A stretch of DNA of 64,000 bases from Candidatus Omnitrophota bacterium (GCA_003598025.1 QZKH01000003.1:311218-375217); one strand, 5' to 3'; shown: positions 1-9,530, counted from the stretch's first letter. Numbers and translations are program-made. The notes: generated by a model not told the origin, from the letters alone.

Positions 1-404
1 GAAACAATATTTATTATCTTGCCTGAATTTTGTTTCTTCATTTGAAGGAATACTTTCTGCAATAAGATGAACGGCGCCTTCAGATCCAAGGCAATAATAT
101 CATCAAATTCTTCTTCAGTTATGTTTTCAAACTTGCTTTGTAAAAAATATGCGGCATTATTTACAAAAACATCTATCCTGCCAAACTTATCTACTGTCCC
201 TTCAATAAAAGCAGTCATATCACTCCTTTTACTTAAGTCGACTCTCATGCAAAATGCTGAATTAAATTCCTCAAGTTTATCAAGCCTGTTCTTCGCGCTC
301 AACGATAACAGGGCACCCTGGGCCTGAAACGCATTTGCGATAGCATAGCCTATGCCCCTGCTTGCACCAGTGATAAGTACGACTTTGCCTTCAAAAGAGC
401 TCAT
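1..404 (-). CDS. SDR-family short-chain dehydrogenase/reductase (5' portion; gene continues beyond window start)
   Basis: Minus-strand translation from the ATG at 404-402 gives MSSFEGKVVLITGASRGIGYAIANAF...VFVNNAAY. These are the classical SDR TGxxxGIG and NNAG motifs. The stop of the upstream gene overlaps as TAATG. Confidence 0.7.
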   Translation of the reverse strand, partial: MSSFEGKVVLITGASRGIGYAIANAFQAQGALLSLSAKNRLDKLEEFNSAFCMRVDLSKRSDMTAFIEGTVDKFGRIDVFVNNAAYFLQSKFENITEEEFDDIIALDLKAPFILLQKVFLQMKKQNSGKIINIV

Positions 405-1492
405 TATCGGATTTTGCCCATTGTTTGTTTAAGCTTTTTCTCAAAATTTTTGATCTTTTTCATATCTGTTAACACCGGTTCTACATCCATACCTCTAACC
501 CAGACTAATCCCGGTTTTAACGGATTTATTTTTCTTTTAAGCTTCGGAAGCTTTTCTGAAAATGCCGTCTTTACAAAAATATAAGGCATATTTAATCCTG
601 CCTCGGTAAAAAACTGATGTGTAGTAAAGAAGCGCCCGATATTAATCTCCGTAGGGTTAGCAATTCCATCCTTGTCATATGTGAAATCTACGCCGTAAAT
701 ACCGTTTGGCTTATCGTCAACAGCAAAAATAGACTTTTGGGCCAGCTTATCTATATTCTTATCTCTTACTGTCAAGCCTGTTCCTGTAATCCCGGTTACC
801 CCCGAAACACTCCTGTTGGCAAATTCCCAGTAAAGCCTTTTTCTGCTCTGAGCGACTATGAGCGAGCCGTCCTTCCAGATTGAAAGCCATGTTATACTGT
901 CCGGGCTGAGATACTCCGCAACTGTAAATTGGCCCCAGCCTTTATAATAATCTATCCAATTAACGGCAAAGTTGAAATCCTCTGTCGGCAGCGACCACTT
1001 CCCGAAAGCCCCGGATATAGCCCTGACCCAGACCTTGCCTTTGATTTTAGTAAATGCCTCCTCCAGGTCTTTTCTGTCATTTATCAGGAACGTCTTTGGG
1101 ACTTTCAAGCCTGCTTCCTGCCATTTTTGAGCCGAAAGAAATTTATCCTGGCAGATTTCAATTACATTATGGCGCGGCAAAAAAGTTTTTACTCCTAACT
1201 GGCTGCGGTGCTTAGAAACTTCAAATACTTCTTCGTCATTTTGCGCGTGCATAAAATCAGGGTTTGTTTCTTTTATAATCCTCTTAAGCACGCCTAAATA
1301 AGGTTTTTGTTTTGCCGCCGGCACTAAAAAAACTTTATCGCAATATTTTTCAGCTTTGCACAGGTCAAACTTGTTGCAAGTAAGCCCTATAATATGGAAT
1401 TTTTCCCTAGCCGCCCTTAGAGACCGGATAAAATTAAGCGAAGGAGTTCCTCCTGAGCCTCCGACAATTATTTTTTTATTCTTCATCTCCAA
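404..1492 (-). CDS. ATP-grasp domain protein (candidate amide ligase acting on an amino sugar or nucleotide sugar)
   Basis: 362 aa. It has an N-terminal Rossmann-like KKIIVGGSGG and a C-terminal E-I-N-x-G-R motif (PTEINIGRFF) typical of the ATP-grasp catalytic loop. It sits in the sugar operon. Confidence 0.55.
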   Translation of the reverse strand: MEMKNKKIIVGGSGGTPSLNFIRSLRAAREKFHIIGLTCNKFDLCKAEKYCDKVFLVPAAKQKPYLGVLKRIIKETNPDFMHAQNDEEVFEVSKHRSQLGVKTFLPRHNVIEICQDKFLSAQKWQEAGLKVPKTFLINDRKDLEEAFTKIKGKVWVRAISGAFGKWSLPTEDFNFAVNWIDYYKGWGQFTVAEYLSPDSITWLSIWKDGSLIVAQSRKRLYWEFANRSVSGVTGITGTGLTVRDKNIDKLAQKSIFAVDDKPNGIYGVDFTYDKDGIANPTEINIGRFFTTHQFFTEAGLNMPYIFVKTAFSEKLPKLKRKINPLKPGLVWVRGMDVEPVLTDMKKIKNFEKKLKQTMGKIR

Positions 1493-2472
1493 TAATACTC
1501 CTTGTTTCTTTTATAATACTCGATTGTCCTGGCTATCCCGTCTTCCAGGCTGACTTTAGGGCTCCAACCTATACATTTATTTATTTTAGTGATATCAGCG
1601 TAATAGTCCCCGGGCTCTATCTCCTTGCGTTCTGGGGTAAATTCGGTAAAACCGACCCTTCCGCTCCCTGCTACTTTGACAATTAACCGCGCCAGTTCTA
1701 TAAAATTAGTGGGTTTACCGCTGCCTACGTTAAACACATTTGAATAAGCTTTTTCTTCCGAAGCTATACGTATCATCGCATCAACCAGGTCATCAATAAA
1801 GAGGAAATCCCTTAAAATCTTTCCGTCACCGAAAACCGGTATCTCCTCATTATCAATAGCCTTACGAATAAACCAATTCAAGACTCCATACTCATCATGA
1901 GCCATTTGGTGCCTGGGGCCGTATGTATTAGTTATCCTGAGAGCTATCGAGCGTATTTTATGGATCTGGTCATAAACCGTAACCAGGTTTTCAGCACAGA
2001 GATTTGTAATCGCATATACACCTCTGGGGTTCATAGGATGGCCTTCATCAACCGGTAAACGTACGCTGTTACCATACTGTCCGCGCGTGCCAGAGAATAA
2101 TATCTTAGCATCTTTATTATATTTACGGCAGGCCTCCAGGATTACCAACGTACCTTCAACATTGATGCTTAAGTCCTGCAGCGGGTTTCTTATGCTATCA
2201 ACGTGGCTTACCTGCCCGGCAAGATGAAAAATCAACTCTTTATCCTTTACAATATTATTTACAGAAAGCTCATCACGGATATCGGACTGGATTATTTCAA
2301 CATCATTTTTTATTGATTCGACATTGAATAAATTGCCTCCTTGTCGTTTAAGCATATTATCAAGTATAGTAAGGCGTGCACCTTGTTTTACCAAAGCAAT
2401 AGCAAGATTGCTTCCTATAAAACCGAGCCCTCCGGTAACAAGTATTTTCTTGTTCTTAAAATCTATGCTCAT
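1483..2472 (-). CDS. NAD-dependent epimerase/dehydratase, CDP-paratose/tyvelose 2-epimerase-like extended SDR
   Basis: 329 aa with VTGGLGFIGSNL, HLAGQVSHVDSIRNP, a YxxxK region and GPRHQ. It is a paralog of the 33810..34805 product. Confidence 0.75.
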   Translation of the reverse strand: MSIDFKNKKILVTGGLGFIGSNLAIALVKQGARLTILDNMLKRQGGNLFNVESIKNDVEIIQSDIRDELSVNNIVKDKELIFHLAGQVSHVDSIRNPLQDLSINVEGTLVILEACRKYNKDAKILFSGTRGQYGNSVRLPVDEGHPMNPRGVYAITNLCAENLVTVYDQIHKIRSIALRITNTYGPRHQMAHDEYGVLNWFIRKAIDNEEIPVFGDGKILRDFLFIDDLVDAMIRIASEEKAYSNVFNVGSGKPTNFIELARLIVKVAGSGRVGFTEFTPERKEIEPGDYYADITKINKCIGWSPKVSLEDGIARTIEYYKRNKEYYWR

Positions 2473-2744
2473 TTATTCTTTCCTCTAAAAAAGATAAAAA
2501 GCGCCAGCAATATCAAAAGGCTAAGAAGAGTTACGCTATTAGCTACTATGATTATATAATTTCTAAGGTGCAGCCCGTAAATCAGCCAGAGGGAAACACC
2601 AGCGGTAAATTGCACAAGCGTTACTACGCTTAAATCATTTACAGACTTGCTTCTGGATATTTTCAATATCTGCGGGACAAAAGAAAACATAGTTAAAGTT
2701 GCTGCCACTGAACCAATAACCTTCCACACTAACCCACTCTCCAT
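2469..2744 (-). CDS. SemiSWEET / PQ-loop sugar transporter (3-TM)
   Basis: 91 aa. FSFVPQILKISRSKSVNDLS...GVSLWLIYGL aligns closely with bacterial SemiSWEETs (PQ motif, identical LWLIYGL). There is a 4-nt overlap with the upstream gene. Confidence 0.8.
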   Translation of the reverse strand: MESGLVWKVIGSVAATLTMFSFVPQILKISRSKSVNDLSVVTLVQFTAGVSLWLIYGLHLRNYIIIVANSVTLLSLLILLALFIFFRGKNK

Positions 2745-2748
2745 ATTA

Positions 2749-3741
2749 TTAAATAGCGCCTTTCGCTGTCCTTTTTAAATCTTCGGCAACCATCATTTTT
2801 ACCAGCTCATCGAATTTAACCTTTGGCTTCCACTTAAGGACCCTTCTGGCTTTGGCGTAATCTCCTTTTAGATGCCTTACTTCGGCAGGGCGATAAAATT
2901 TCTTGTCAATAACAACATATTTCTTCCAGTTAAGCCCGGCATATCTAAAAGCAAGATCCACAAATTCCTTTACAGAATGCGTCTGGTTAGTCGCTATAAC
3001 GTAATCATCCGGCTTTCTTTGCTGGAGCATAAGCCACATCGCAGCGACATAGTCACCTGCAAATCCCCAATCCCTTTTTGCATCGAGGTTGCCGAGATAG
3101 AGCTTATCCTGAAGCCCAAATTTAATCCTGGCTACCCCATTGGTTATCTTCCTGGTTACGAACTCAAAACCTCGCCTCGGGGATTCATGGTTAAAAAGCA
3201 TGCCGTTACATGCAAATATCCCATAGGCCTCCCTATAATTCCTGGTAAGCTCAAAACCAGCGACTTTAGAGATCCCATACGCTGACCTTGGATGAAATGG
3301 AGTACGCTCATTTTGAGGAGAATGCGGAGCCAGGCCGAACATTTCGCTTGAAGCGGCAAAATAAAACTTTGCCGATGGAGTTGCTTCCTTAATCGCTGAG
3401 AGCACAAAATGGGTGCCGTTTACATTTGTATTAATCGTAGAAAACTCGTCCTCAAATGAATAGCTTACAAAACTCTGGGCCGCTAAATGGTAACATTCAT
3501 GTGGCCTGACCTCATGCACTACCTTATAAATACTGGGATAACTCTCAAGCGATGCTGAATACAAATGTATTCTGTTGAGTATATGCTTAATCCTCCAAAG
3601 ATGGTGTTCAGGATCCTCTAACGCTACCCTTCGCACTATTCCGTAGACTTCATAATTCTTTTCCAGCAAGAATTCAGATAGATAAGAACCATCCTGGCCA
3701 TCAATCCCTGTAATAAGCGCTCTTTTCATATAATCATGCAC
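2749..3741 (-). CDS. gmd: GDP-mannose 4,6-dehydratase
   Basis: 330 aa. ALITGIDGQDGSYLSEFLLEKNYEVYGIVRR is the hallmark GMD N-terminus. The S/YxxxK triad region and length fit. Confidence 0.9.
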   Translation of the reverse strand: MHDYMKRALITGIDGQDGSYLSEFLLEKNYEVYGIVRRVALEDPEHHLWRIKHILNRIHLYSASLESYPSIYKVVHEVRPHECYHLAAQSFVSYSFEDEFSTINTNVNGTHFVLSAIKEATPSAKFYFAASSEMFGLAPHSPQNERTPFHPRSAYGISKVAGFELTRNYREAYGIFACNGMLFNHESPRRGFEFVTRKITNGVARIKFGLQDKLYLGNLDAKRDWGFAGDYVAAMWLMLQQRKPDDYVIATNQTHSVKEFVDLAFRYAGLNWKKYVVIDKKFYRPAEVRHLKGDYAKARRVLKWKPKVKFDELVKMMVAEDLKRTAKGAI

Positions 3742-3746
3742 AACGG

Positions 3747-4772
3747 CTAAGCCTGATACACCCTTTTCCAGTAACTCCTCAAATTAACAACTCTTTTCTT
3801 AAGCCATGGATAATTATCTTTATACCACCTGATAACACTGAACAACCCCTTTTCAAAATCAACATCCGGCCTCCACCCAAGGCTATTCATAATCTTTCTA
3901 CTGTCTAGGCTGTAGCGTAAATCATGTCCGGGCCTGTCTTTAACAAATTTAATCAGGGATTCCGGCTTAGATAGGGCCTTCAGAATTAATTTAGCGACAT
4001 CGATATTCTTTTTTTCTTCTCCTGAGCCAATATTATAGACCTGTCCGATTTTCCCTCTTTCTGCTACCCGTATGATCCCATTTACACAATCATTGACATA
4101 AAGCCATTCGCGTACGTTAGAGCCGTCAGCATATACCGGGACAGCTTCATTTCTCAAAGCCTTATAAATAACGACAGGTATGAATTTCTCAGGGAATTGC
4201 CACGGTCCATAATTATTTGAAGGCCTGACAATAACTGCCGCAAGTCCGTACGTTCTAACATAAGACTGGATCAACAGGTCTGCTGCGGCCTTGCTTGCCG
4301 AATACGGCGAATTAGGCACTAACGGGTCGGTTTCCTTGAAGCTCCCCTTTTCTATTTCCCCGTAAACTTCATCAGTAGAGACGTGGATTAATTTTTCGAC
4401 GCTAAATTTCCTGCAACATTCAAGAAGGACATGCACACCGATCAAATTAGCCCGCATGAATAGAGATGCGTCAATAATGCTTCTATCTACATGGCTCTCA
4501 GCTGCAAAATTAACGACAATTGAAGGTTTTAGCTTCATGAATATATTCTCAATCCTCAATTTGTCGGAAATATCGGCCTTGTAAAAATTATACCTTCCCT
4601 TAACCGGATCAAGCCTGGATAGATCAGCAGCATATGTCAGTTTATCAACGACGTTAATCCGCATATTGCTAAAACATGTTTTTTTACCTTCTTTATCTTG
4701 GCCTTTAATCGTTCTGAGAAATTCACTGCCAATAAAACCTGCTGCTCCCGTTATCAGGATATTCTTACTCAT
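3747..4772 (-). CDS. rfbB: dTDP-glucose 4,6-dehydratase
   Basis: ILITGAAGFIGS, VSTDEVYG, YSASKAA and RPSNNYGP are present. The start is placed at the internal Met (MSKNIL), which gives an ATGA overlap with the rmlD stop. The longer ORF extends to 4805. Confidence 0.88.
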   Translation of the reverse strand: MSKNILITGAAGFIGSEFLRTIKGQDKEGKKTCFSNMRINVVDKLTYAADLSRLDPVKGRYNFYKADISDKLRIENIFMKLKPSIVVNFAAESHVDRSIIDASLFMRANLIGVHVLLECCRKFSVEKLIHVSTDEVYGEIEKGSFKETDPLVPNSPYSASKAAADLLIQSYVRTYGLAAVIVRPSNNYGPWQFPEKFIPVVIYKALRNEAVPVYADGSNVREWLYVNDCVNGIIRVAERGKIGQVYNIGSGEEKKNIDVAKLILKALSKPESLIKFVKDRPGHDLRYSLDSRKIMNSLGWRPDVDFEKGLFSVIRWYKDNYPWLKKRVVNLRSYWKRVYQA

Positions 4773-5593
4773 TTTCTCAAACTCTCCATATATCCTACTA
4801 CACACTCTCTTATAACTTCCTTTATATTTCTCATTTTGAATCCGCTCTTCTCAAGCTTATCTGTAGAAAGCACCAGATTCGTCCTCTTAAGACCTAAACT
4901 CCTGTAATCAATGGTCTCATAACTGAAATCAGGATTGAACAACCTGTATTCTTCCATTAACTCGGCATAATCGAGGGCGCCCTTATTAACAACATTAAAT
5001 ATCCCGCTGGCATCAACGTTTATAAGATATTTTACAGCTTTTATAAAATCAGGGATATAAGTTACAGAATTGGGCAAGTTAATGACCTTCTTATACTTTA
5101 TCAATTTGTCAATGAGGTTCTTTGAAGAAGCACGGTTATCAAGCGGAACCCTGGGCCTTAATATCAGCACCTTAAATTTGCCGGACAATAATTTCAAGGC
5201 TTGTTCCGAATAAATTTTTGAACGGCTGTAAAACAAATCAAAGTAATCCGGCTCCCTTGCCTCCGTAATCGGCCTGTCCTTAAGATAATCGTAATTATAA
5301 ATACAGCCTGAACTTATATGCACTAATTTTACCCCGTTCCTTATTGCTGCTTCGGCCAGGATTATGGGGACAAATACATTGGCGATTAATGTTTTATCCG
5401 GATCGACTTCGCAATAATCCACATTTTTGCCGATATGTGCAATACAATTTACCAATACTTTTGGTTTATATTTCTTTATAAGGCGCTCTGCATCGGCAAG
5501 ATTATGGATTTTAGCTGAAGAAATTTCACACTTCAATTCTTCGGCCAGTCTTCCCCCAATATAGCCATTACCTAATATCAATGTTTTTTTCAT
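4769..5593 (-). CDS. rfbD: dTDP-4-dehydrorhamnose reductase family protein
   Basis: 274 aa with the RmlD substrate-binding fold: LILGNGYIGGRL, HISSGCIY and YSRSK (YxxxK). It lies between rmlA and rmlB. Confidence 0.7.
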   Translation of the reverse strand: MKKTLILGNGYIGGRLAEELKCEISSAKIHNLADAERLIKKYKPKVLVNCIAHIGKNVDYCEVDPDKTLIANVFVPIILAEAAIRNGVKLVHISSGCIYNYDYLKDRPITEAREPDYFDLFYSRSKIYSEQALKLLSGKFKVLILRPRVPLDNRASSKNLIDKLIKYKKVINLPNSVTYIPDFIKAVKYLINVDASGIFNVVNKGALDYAELMEEYRLFNPDFSYETIDYRSLGLKRTNLVLSTDKLEKSGFKMRNIKEVIRECVVGYMESLRK

Positions 5594-6452
5594 CTTTTAT
5601 CAGTTTTTTAAGATATCCTCCATAGCTGGTCTTTATTTTATCAGCCAGAGATTTTAACTGCTCCTTATTAATGTAACCCATCCTATACGAAACCTCTTCT
5701 ATACATCCGATCTTTAAACCCTGCCTCTCTTCGACAGTCTTGATAAACAGGGAAGCATCAATGAGGGAATCATAAGTCCCTGTATCCAGCCATGCATAGC
5801 CTCTGCCGAGGATCTTGAGCCTTAATTTGCCTTTTTTTATATAGGCCTTGTTTATATCACTTATTTCTAGTTCTCCTCTTTTGGAAGGTTTAAGGCGCCT
5901 GGCAATTTTAGGCGCTTCGTTGTCATAAAAATATATTCCGCATACAGCCCAGTTAGTCCGGGGTTTCTTCGGTTTCTCTTCTATGGAAATTACGCGGTGC
6001 TCCTTATCAAACTCTATCACCCCGTATCTTGAGGGGTCATTTACGTAGTAGCCGAAAATATAAGCACCGTCATCAAGTGAGGCTGCTTCTTGAACCAACT
6101 CAACCAGCTTATCCCCGTAAAAGATATTATCACCGAGTATGAGGCAGACGCTGTCATTGCCGATAAAATTTTCAGCAATAATCAGACTCTGGGCTATCCC
6201 TAGCGGTTTTTTCTGTATGGCATAAGTAATATTCAAGCCCAGGTCTTTGCCGTTACCAAGAAAATCCCTGAATCTGGGGGTATCTTTAGGAGTGGATATG
6301 ATCAAAATATCCTTAATACCTGCCAGCATTAACACAGACAACGGATAATAAAACATGGGTTTATCGTATATAGGAAGCATCTGTTTGCATATGCCCTTGG
6401 TTATAGGATAAAGCCTGGTCCCGGAACCGCCTGCTAAAATTATCCCCTTCAT
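5568..6452 (-). CDS. rfbA: glucose-1-phosphate thymidylyltransferase
   Basis: MKGIILAGGSGTRLYPIT...YDKPM...LGDNIFYG is the classical RmlA sequence. 294 aa. Confidence 0.9.
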   Translation of the reverse strand: MKGIILAGGSGTRLYPITKGICKQMLPIYDKPMFYYPLSVLMLAGIKDILIISTPKDTPRFRDFLGNGKDLGLNITYAIQKKPLGIAQSLIIAENFIGNDSVCLILGDNIFYGDKLVELVQEAASLDDGAYIFGYYVNDPSRYGVIEFDKEHRVISIEEKPKKPRTNWAVCGIYFYDNEAPKIARRLKPSKRGELEISDINKAYIKKGKLRLKILGRGYAWLDTGTYDSLIDASLFIKTVEERQGLKIGCIEEVSYRMGYINKEQLKSLADKIKTSYGGYLKKLIKDEKNIDIR

Positions 6453-7741
6453 TTGGTCCTCCTTGAAACTTCGCCTTTAGGCAATAAACTGGTTGCAATC
6501 CCCATTAACAGCCAGAAATAAGCAGAATTATTCACTCCCACGGTGATAATAGTTGTAGAAAGAGCAAATATAAGAATAGCGGCAATAACAGTTGTCAACC
6601 CAGCCAATATATTATCGTCAATCCCGGCTGGCTCAAAAGCAGAAGGCCTTCTTATATTTGCTATTGAAAGTCTAAAAAAAGTTATAAATATAAAAATAAA
6701 AGCCCCCAAACCAAGTGTTCCCATCTCTGCAGCCATCTCAAAATATGTGCTATGAGCATGCAGGCTCAATCCAGAAGAAACCGGATAGTCCGCTGGAAGC
6801 ATATATTTACTGCTAGCAGGGACAATCTTCTCAAACATGCCTATACCGGCACCAAATAACGGATAATCCTTAAATATTGACATTGCTAAATTGTATAGCG
6901 GAAGCCTGAATGACCATTCGCTTGGGAAAGGTATGGTTATTATCCTTTGCCTTATGGGCTGCGAATACAGGCTGAATGAAAATATAAAAACCAGCAAAAG
7001 GACTATACCAACCAATAAATGAACGGATTTTTTATTCTTCCTGATTATATATACAAAAATAAAACTGGCTATTATTGATATCCAGGCAGCACGCGTAGCA
7101 TTCCATGCCAAACACAGCAGTAAAAATATTAATATTAAAAATGAGAATGTTCTGATTTTTTTATTACGCGAATAACAAAAAAAAGTAAAAACAAAAGGCG
7201 CAAAATACGCCAGATAAAGCGGGAAACCGTAAAAAGGAATCCACCAACCCCAATAAACAGACCAGAGCCTCTCATACGGAGACTTAACCAGCACCAGGTA
7301 CCTCAAGTAGTCAAATACGCCGCCGAAAGAAAATACTAAGCCCGAGATAAAAAAAGCTCCGGTTAAGATATACAGGTTTTTTCTTGACCTGCCTGCCAGC
7401 CCCAGGCCGAGCCAGAAATAAACCGCATACAAAAGGTAACGGTTAAAAAATATCTTCTGGCTGTGATACGGATCCATGCTCAACAAAATGGAAAAAATAC
7501 AAGCAACAGAAAATAGCGATATCGGTTTATTTAACGGATTTAACGGAATTAATTTACGATAAAAATATTTTTTGTTCTCTAGTAAAATGATAAAAAACCA
7601 GAAAAAGGGAACAAACCAATAAGTTATTTTTCCGACCTCTTTATATCCGTAAGGCGAAAAAATCAAAAAAACGGAAAAAATCAGCAGCATCAATGTTTCT
7701 AAAACTGCACTGATTCTTTTTGAAAATGCCTCATTCATCAA
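6449..7741 (-). CDS. O-antigen ligase / Wzy_C family polytopic membrane protein
   Basis: 430 aa and highly hydrophobic. A periplasmic-loop HAHSTYFEMAAEMG motif resembles the Wzy_C/WaaL signature. Confidence 0.6.
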   Translation of the reverse strand: MMNEAFSKRISAVLETLMLLIFSVFLIFSPYGYKEVGKITYWFVPFFWFFIILLENKKYFYRKLIPLNPLNKPISLFSVACIFSILLSMDPYHSQKIFFNRYLLYAVYFWLGLGLAGRSRKNLYILTGAFFISGLVFSFGGVFDYLRYLVLVKSPYERLWSVYWGWWIPFYGFPLYLAYFAPFVFTFFCYSRNKKIRTFSFLILIFLLLCLAWNATRAAWISIIASFIFVYIIRKNKKSVHLLVGIVLLLVFIFSFSLYSQPIRQRIITIPFPSEWSFRLPLYNLAMSIFKDYPLFGAGIGMFEKIVPASSKYMLPADYPVSSGLSLHAHSTYFEMAAEMGTLGLGAFIFIFITFFRLSIANIRRPSAFEPAGIDDNILAGLTTVIAAILIFALSTTIITVGVNNSAYFWLLMGIATSLLPKGEVSRRTK

Positions 7742-9530
7742 GGATGCCCTTCACTCTTCTGTATAAAACCTGGCAATCTTCGCAGATTTTAATGATCTCT
7801 GATAAACTCTCAATATCAATCTTTGAAATCGCTATTATAACTTCATGAATATTGTTTGTCTTTATAATTTCTGCCATTTTCCTGCGCGTGCCCAGCACGG
7901 ATACGCCATGAATTCTATTGCCGATCTTACTACTTGAATCATCAATAAATCCTATAGGCACAAAATTGAGAGATTTATTCCTTTTTATTTCCCTGATAAC
8001 CATCTCCCCGATATCGCCGGCGCCAAAAATAAGTATCCTTTTGCCTTTATCCTGTATTCTGCTAAAAAACTCCCCTATAATCCTGAATAAAAAGCGCGAA
8101 CCAGTAATCAAAAGCAGCAAAAGAAGCCAGTCAATAAAGAATACAGCCCTGGAATAGTCACGGAACCTGAAAACAAAGGTAACAAATAAAACGGAGACGA
8201 CGGAAGACAAGCTCACAACTTTAAAAATAGTAAGAAAGTCTGCGATACTGATATATCTCCACACTCCGCGGTATAAACCAAAAATAAAGAAAACGAGTAA
8301 TTTCAGGAGTATGATCCACGGGAGGGATTCCTTGATCAAATAAAGACTGGAAGATAATAGCTCTGTCCCCTCAAAACGCAGATAATAAGCAGAATAATAT
8401 GCTACGCAAATAAGCAAGAAATCAAGACTTACTTCGGATATCCTCCGTTTATGCATCAGGAACGTATTGATGAATGTAAAATCCTGGGCAGATCCCTTTG
8501 TTACGGTATAGGCCTTATTTTGTCTGCCAAAGAATGTAGCATCAAAAAGGTAAACTCCCAGGTATATAAGTATAATAGCTCCGAGAAAAGCAAAAATTGC
8601 AGTGACTAAAGGATTTACTTTTGAATAAAGAAGCGAGATAAGGCCGAAAATAATGCTGACGAAGTAAAGAAGGACTACTGTCTTTTTTGGAGAGAGACCA
8701 AGCGCAACTAAATGATGCGAAGTATGGTCCTTGCCCCCTTCAAAAACTTTCTTACCCTGGATTTTTCTGACTATCATCACAAAAACAGTGTCAAATATCG
8801 GGACGCTTAATATAAGGACTGGCACGGAAAGCGTTATGAGTACTCCAGATATATGGTGCATTGTTCCGGCAACAGAAATCACTGCCAAAGAATACCCAAG
8901 AAACATACTCCCGGAATCGCCCATAAATATCTTTGCGGGATTAAAATTGTAAGGCAAGAAACCCAGGCAGGACCCGAAGATTATCAGCCCAATAATCCCA
9001 AGAGGGTTATTTTGATATATGTGCCCTGAAAAGAATAACATCAAGCCGACAATCGCAGCAATACCTGCTGCCAACCCGTCTATATTATCAAGAAGGTTGA
9101 AAGAATTCGTTACGGCAATAATCCAAAATATAGTCAGGGGTATGGCAAACACATCATTTACGGGTAAACCCAATATTATCCCGAATAAAACAGCGATACA
9201 GGAAGCTACAACCTGCATAAACAATTTTATATAGGGGGTCAGCCTCAAATGATCATCAATAATACCAACAATAAATAAGAAAAATCCACCTAAATATAAT
9301 CCGAAAGTTCTGTTATTGACAAGCCCGAATAATAAAGAAACTATAAGGAAAGACAGGTAAATCCCTACCCCGCCAAGCAGCGCTGTAGGATTCTTGTGCC
9401 AGCGGTCTGAACGAGGCTGTGAAATTATCCCCTTCTTTAACGCTATGGCCCTGATGACAGGCGTCAAGACAAGTGAAAAAATAAAAGGAATACCGCTTAG
9501 AAGCAGATAACGCAGAATATCGCTATTCAT
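7731..9530 (-). CDS. WecA/MraY-family polyprenyl-phosphate N-acetylhexosamine-1-phosphate transferase fused to a WbaP-type N-terminal TM + Rossmann-like domain
   Basis: The N-terminal ~390 aa carry IIDDHL and NSFNLLDNIDGLAAG (PNPT/WecA motifs). The C-terminal ~200 aa have four TM helices followed by RILIFGAGDIGEMVIREIKRNKSLNFVPIGFIDDSSSKIGNRIHGVSVLGT. This is characteristic of the non-catalytic N-terminal half of WbaP/PglC-type sugar transferases. Confidence 0.75.
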   Translation of the reverse strand: MNSDILRYLLLSGIPFIFSLVLTPVIRAIALKKGIISQPRSDRWHKNPTALLGGVGIYLSFLIVSLLFGLVNNRTFGLYLGGFFLFIVGIIDDHLRLTPYIKLFMQVVASCIAVLFGIILGLPVNDVFAIPLTIFWIIAVTNSFNLLDNIDGLAAGIAAIVGLMLFFSGHIYQNNPLGIIGLIIFGSCLGFLPYNFNPAKIFMGDSGSMFLGYSLAVISVAGTMHHISGVLITLSVPVLILSVPIFDTVFVMIVRKIQGKKVFEGGKDHTSHHLVALGLSPKKTVVLLYFVSIIFGLISLLYSKVNPLVTAIFAFLGAIILIYLGVYLFDATFFGRQNKAYTVTKGSAQDFTFINTFLMHKRRISEVSLDFLLICVAYYSAYYLRFEGTELLSSSLYLIKESLPWIILLKLLVFFIFGLYRGVWRYISIADFLTIFKVVSLSSVVSVLFVTFVFRFRDYSRAVFFIDWLLLLLLITGSRFLFRIIGEFFSRIQDKGKRILIFGAGDIGEMVIREIKRNKSLNFVPIGFIDDSSSKIGNRIHGVSVLGTRRKMAEIIKTNNIHEVIIAISKIDIESLSEIIKICEDCQVLYRRVKGILDE

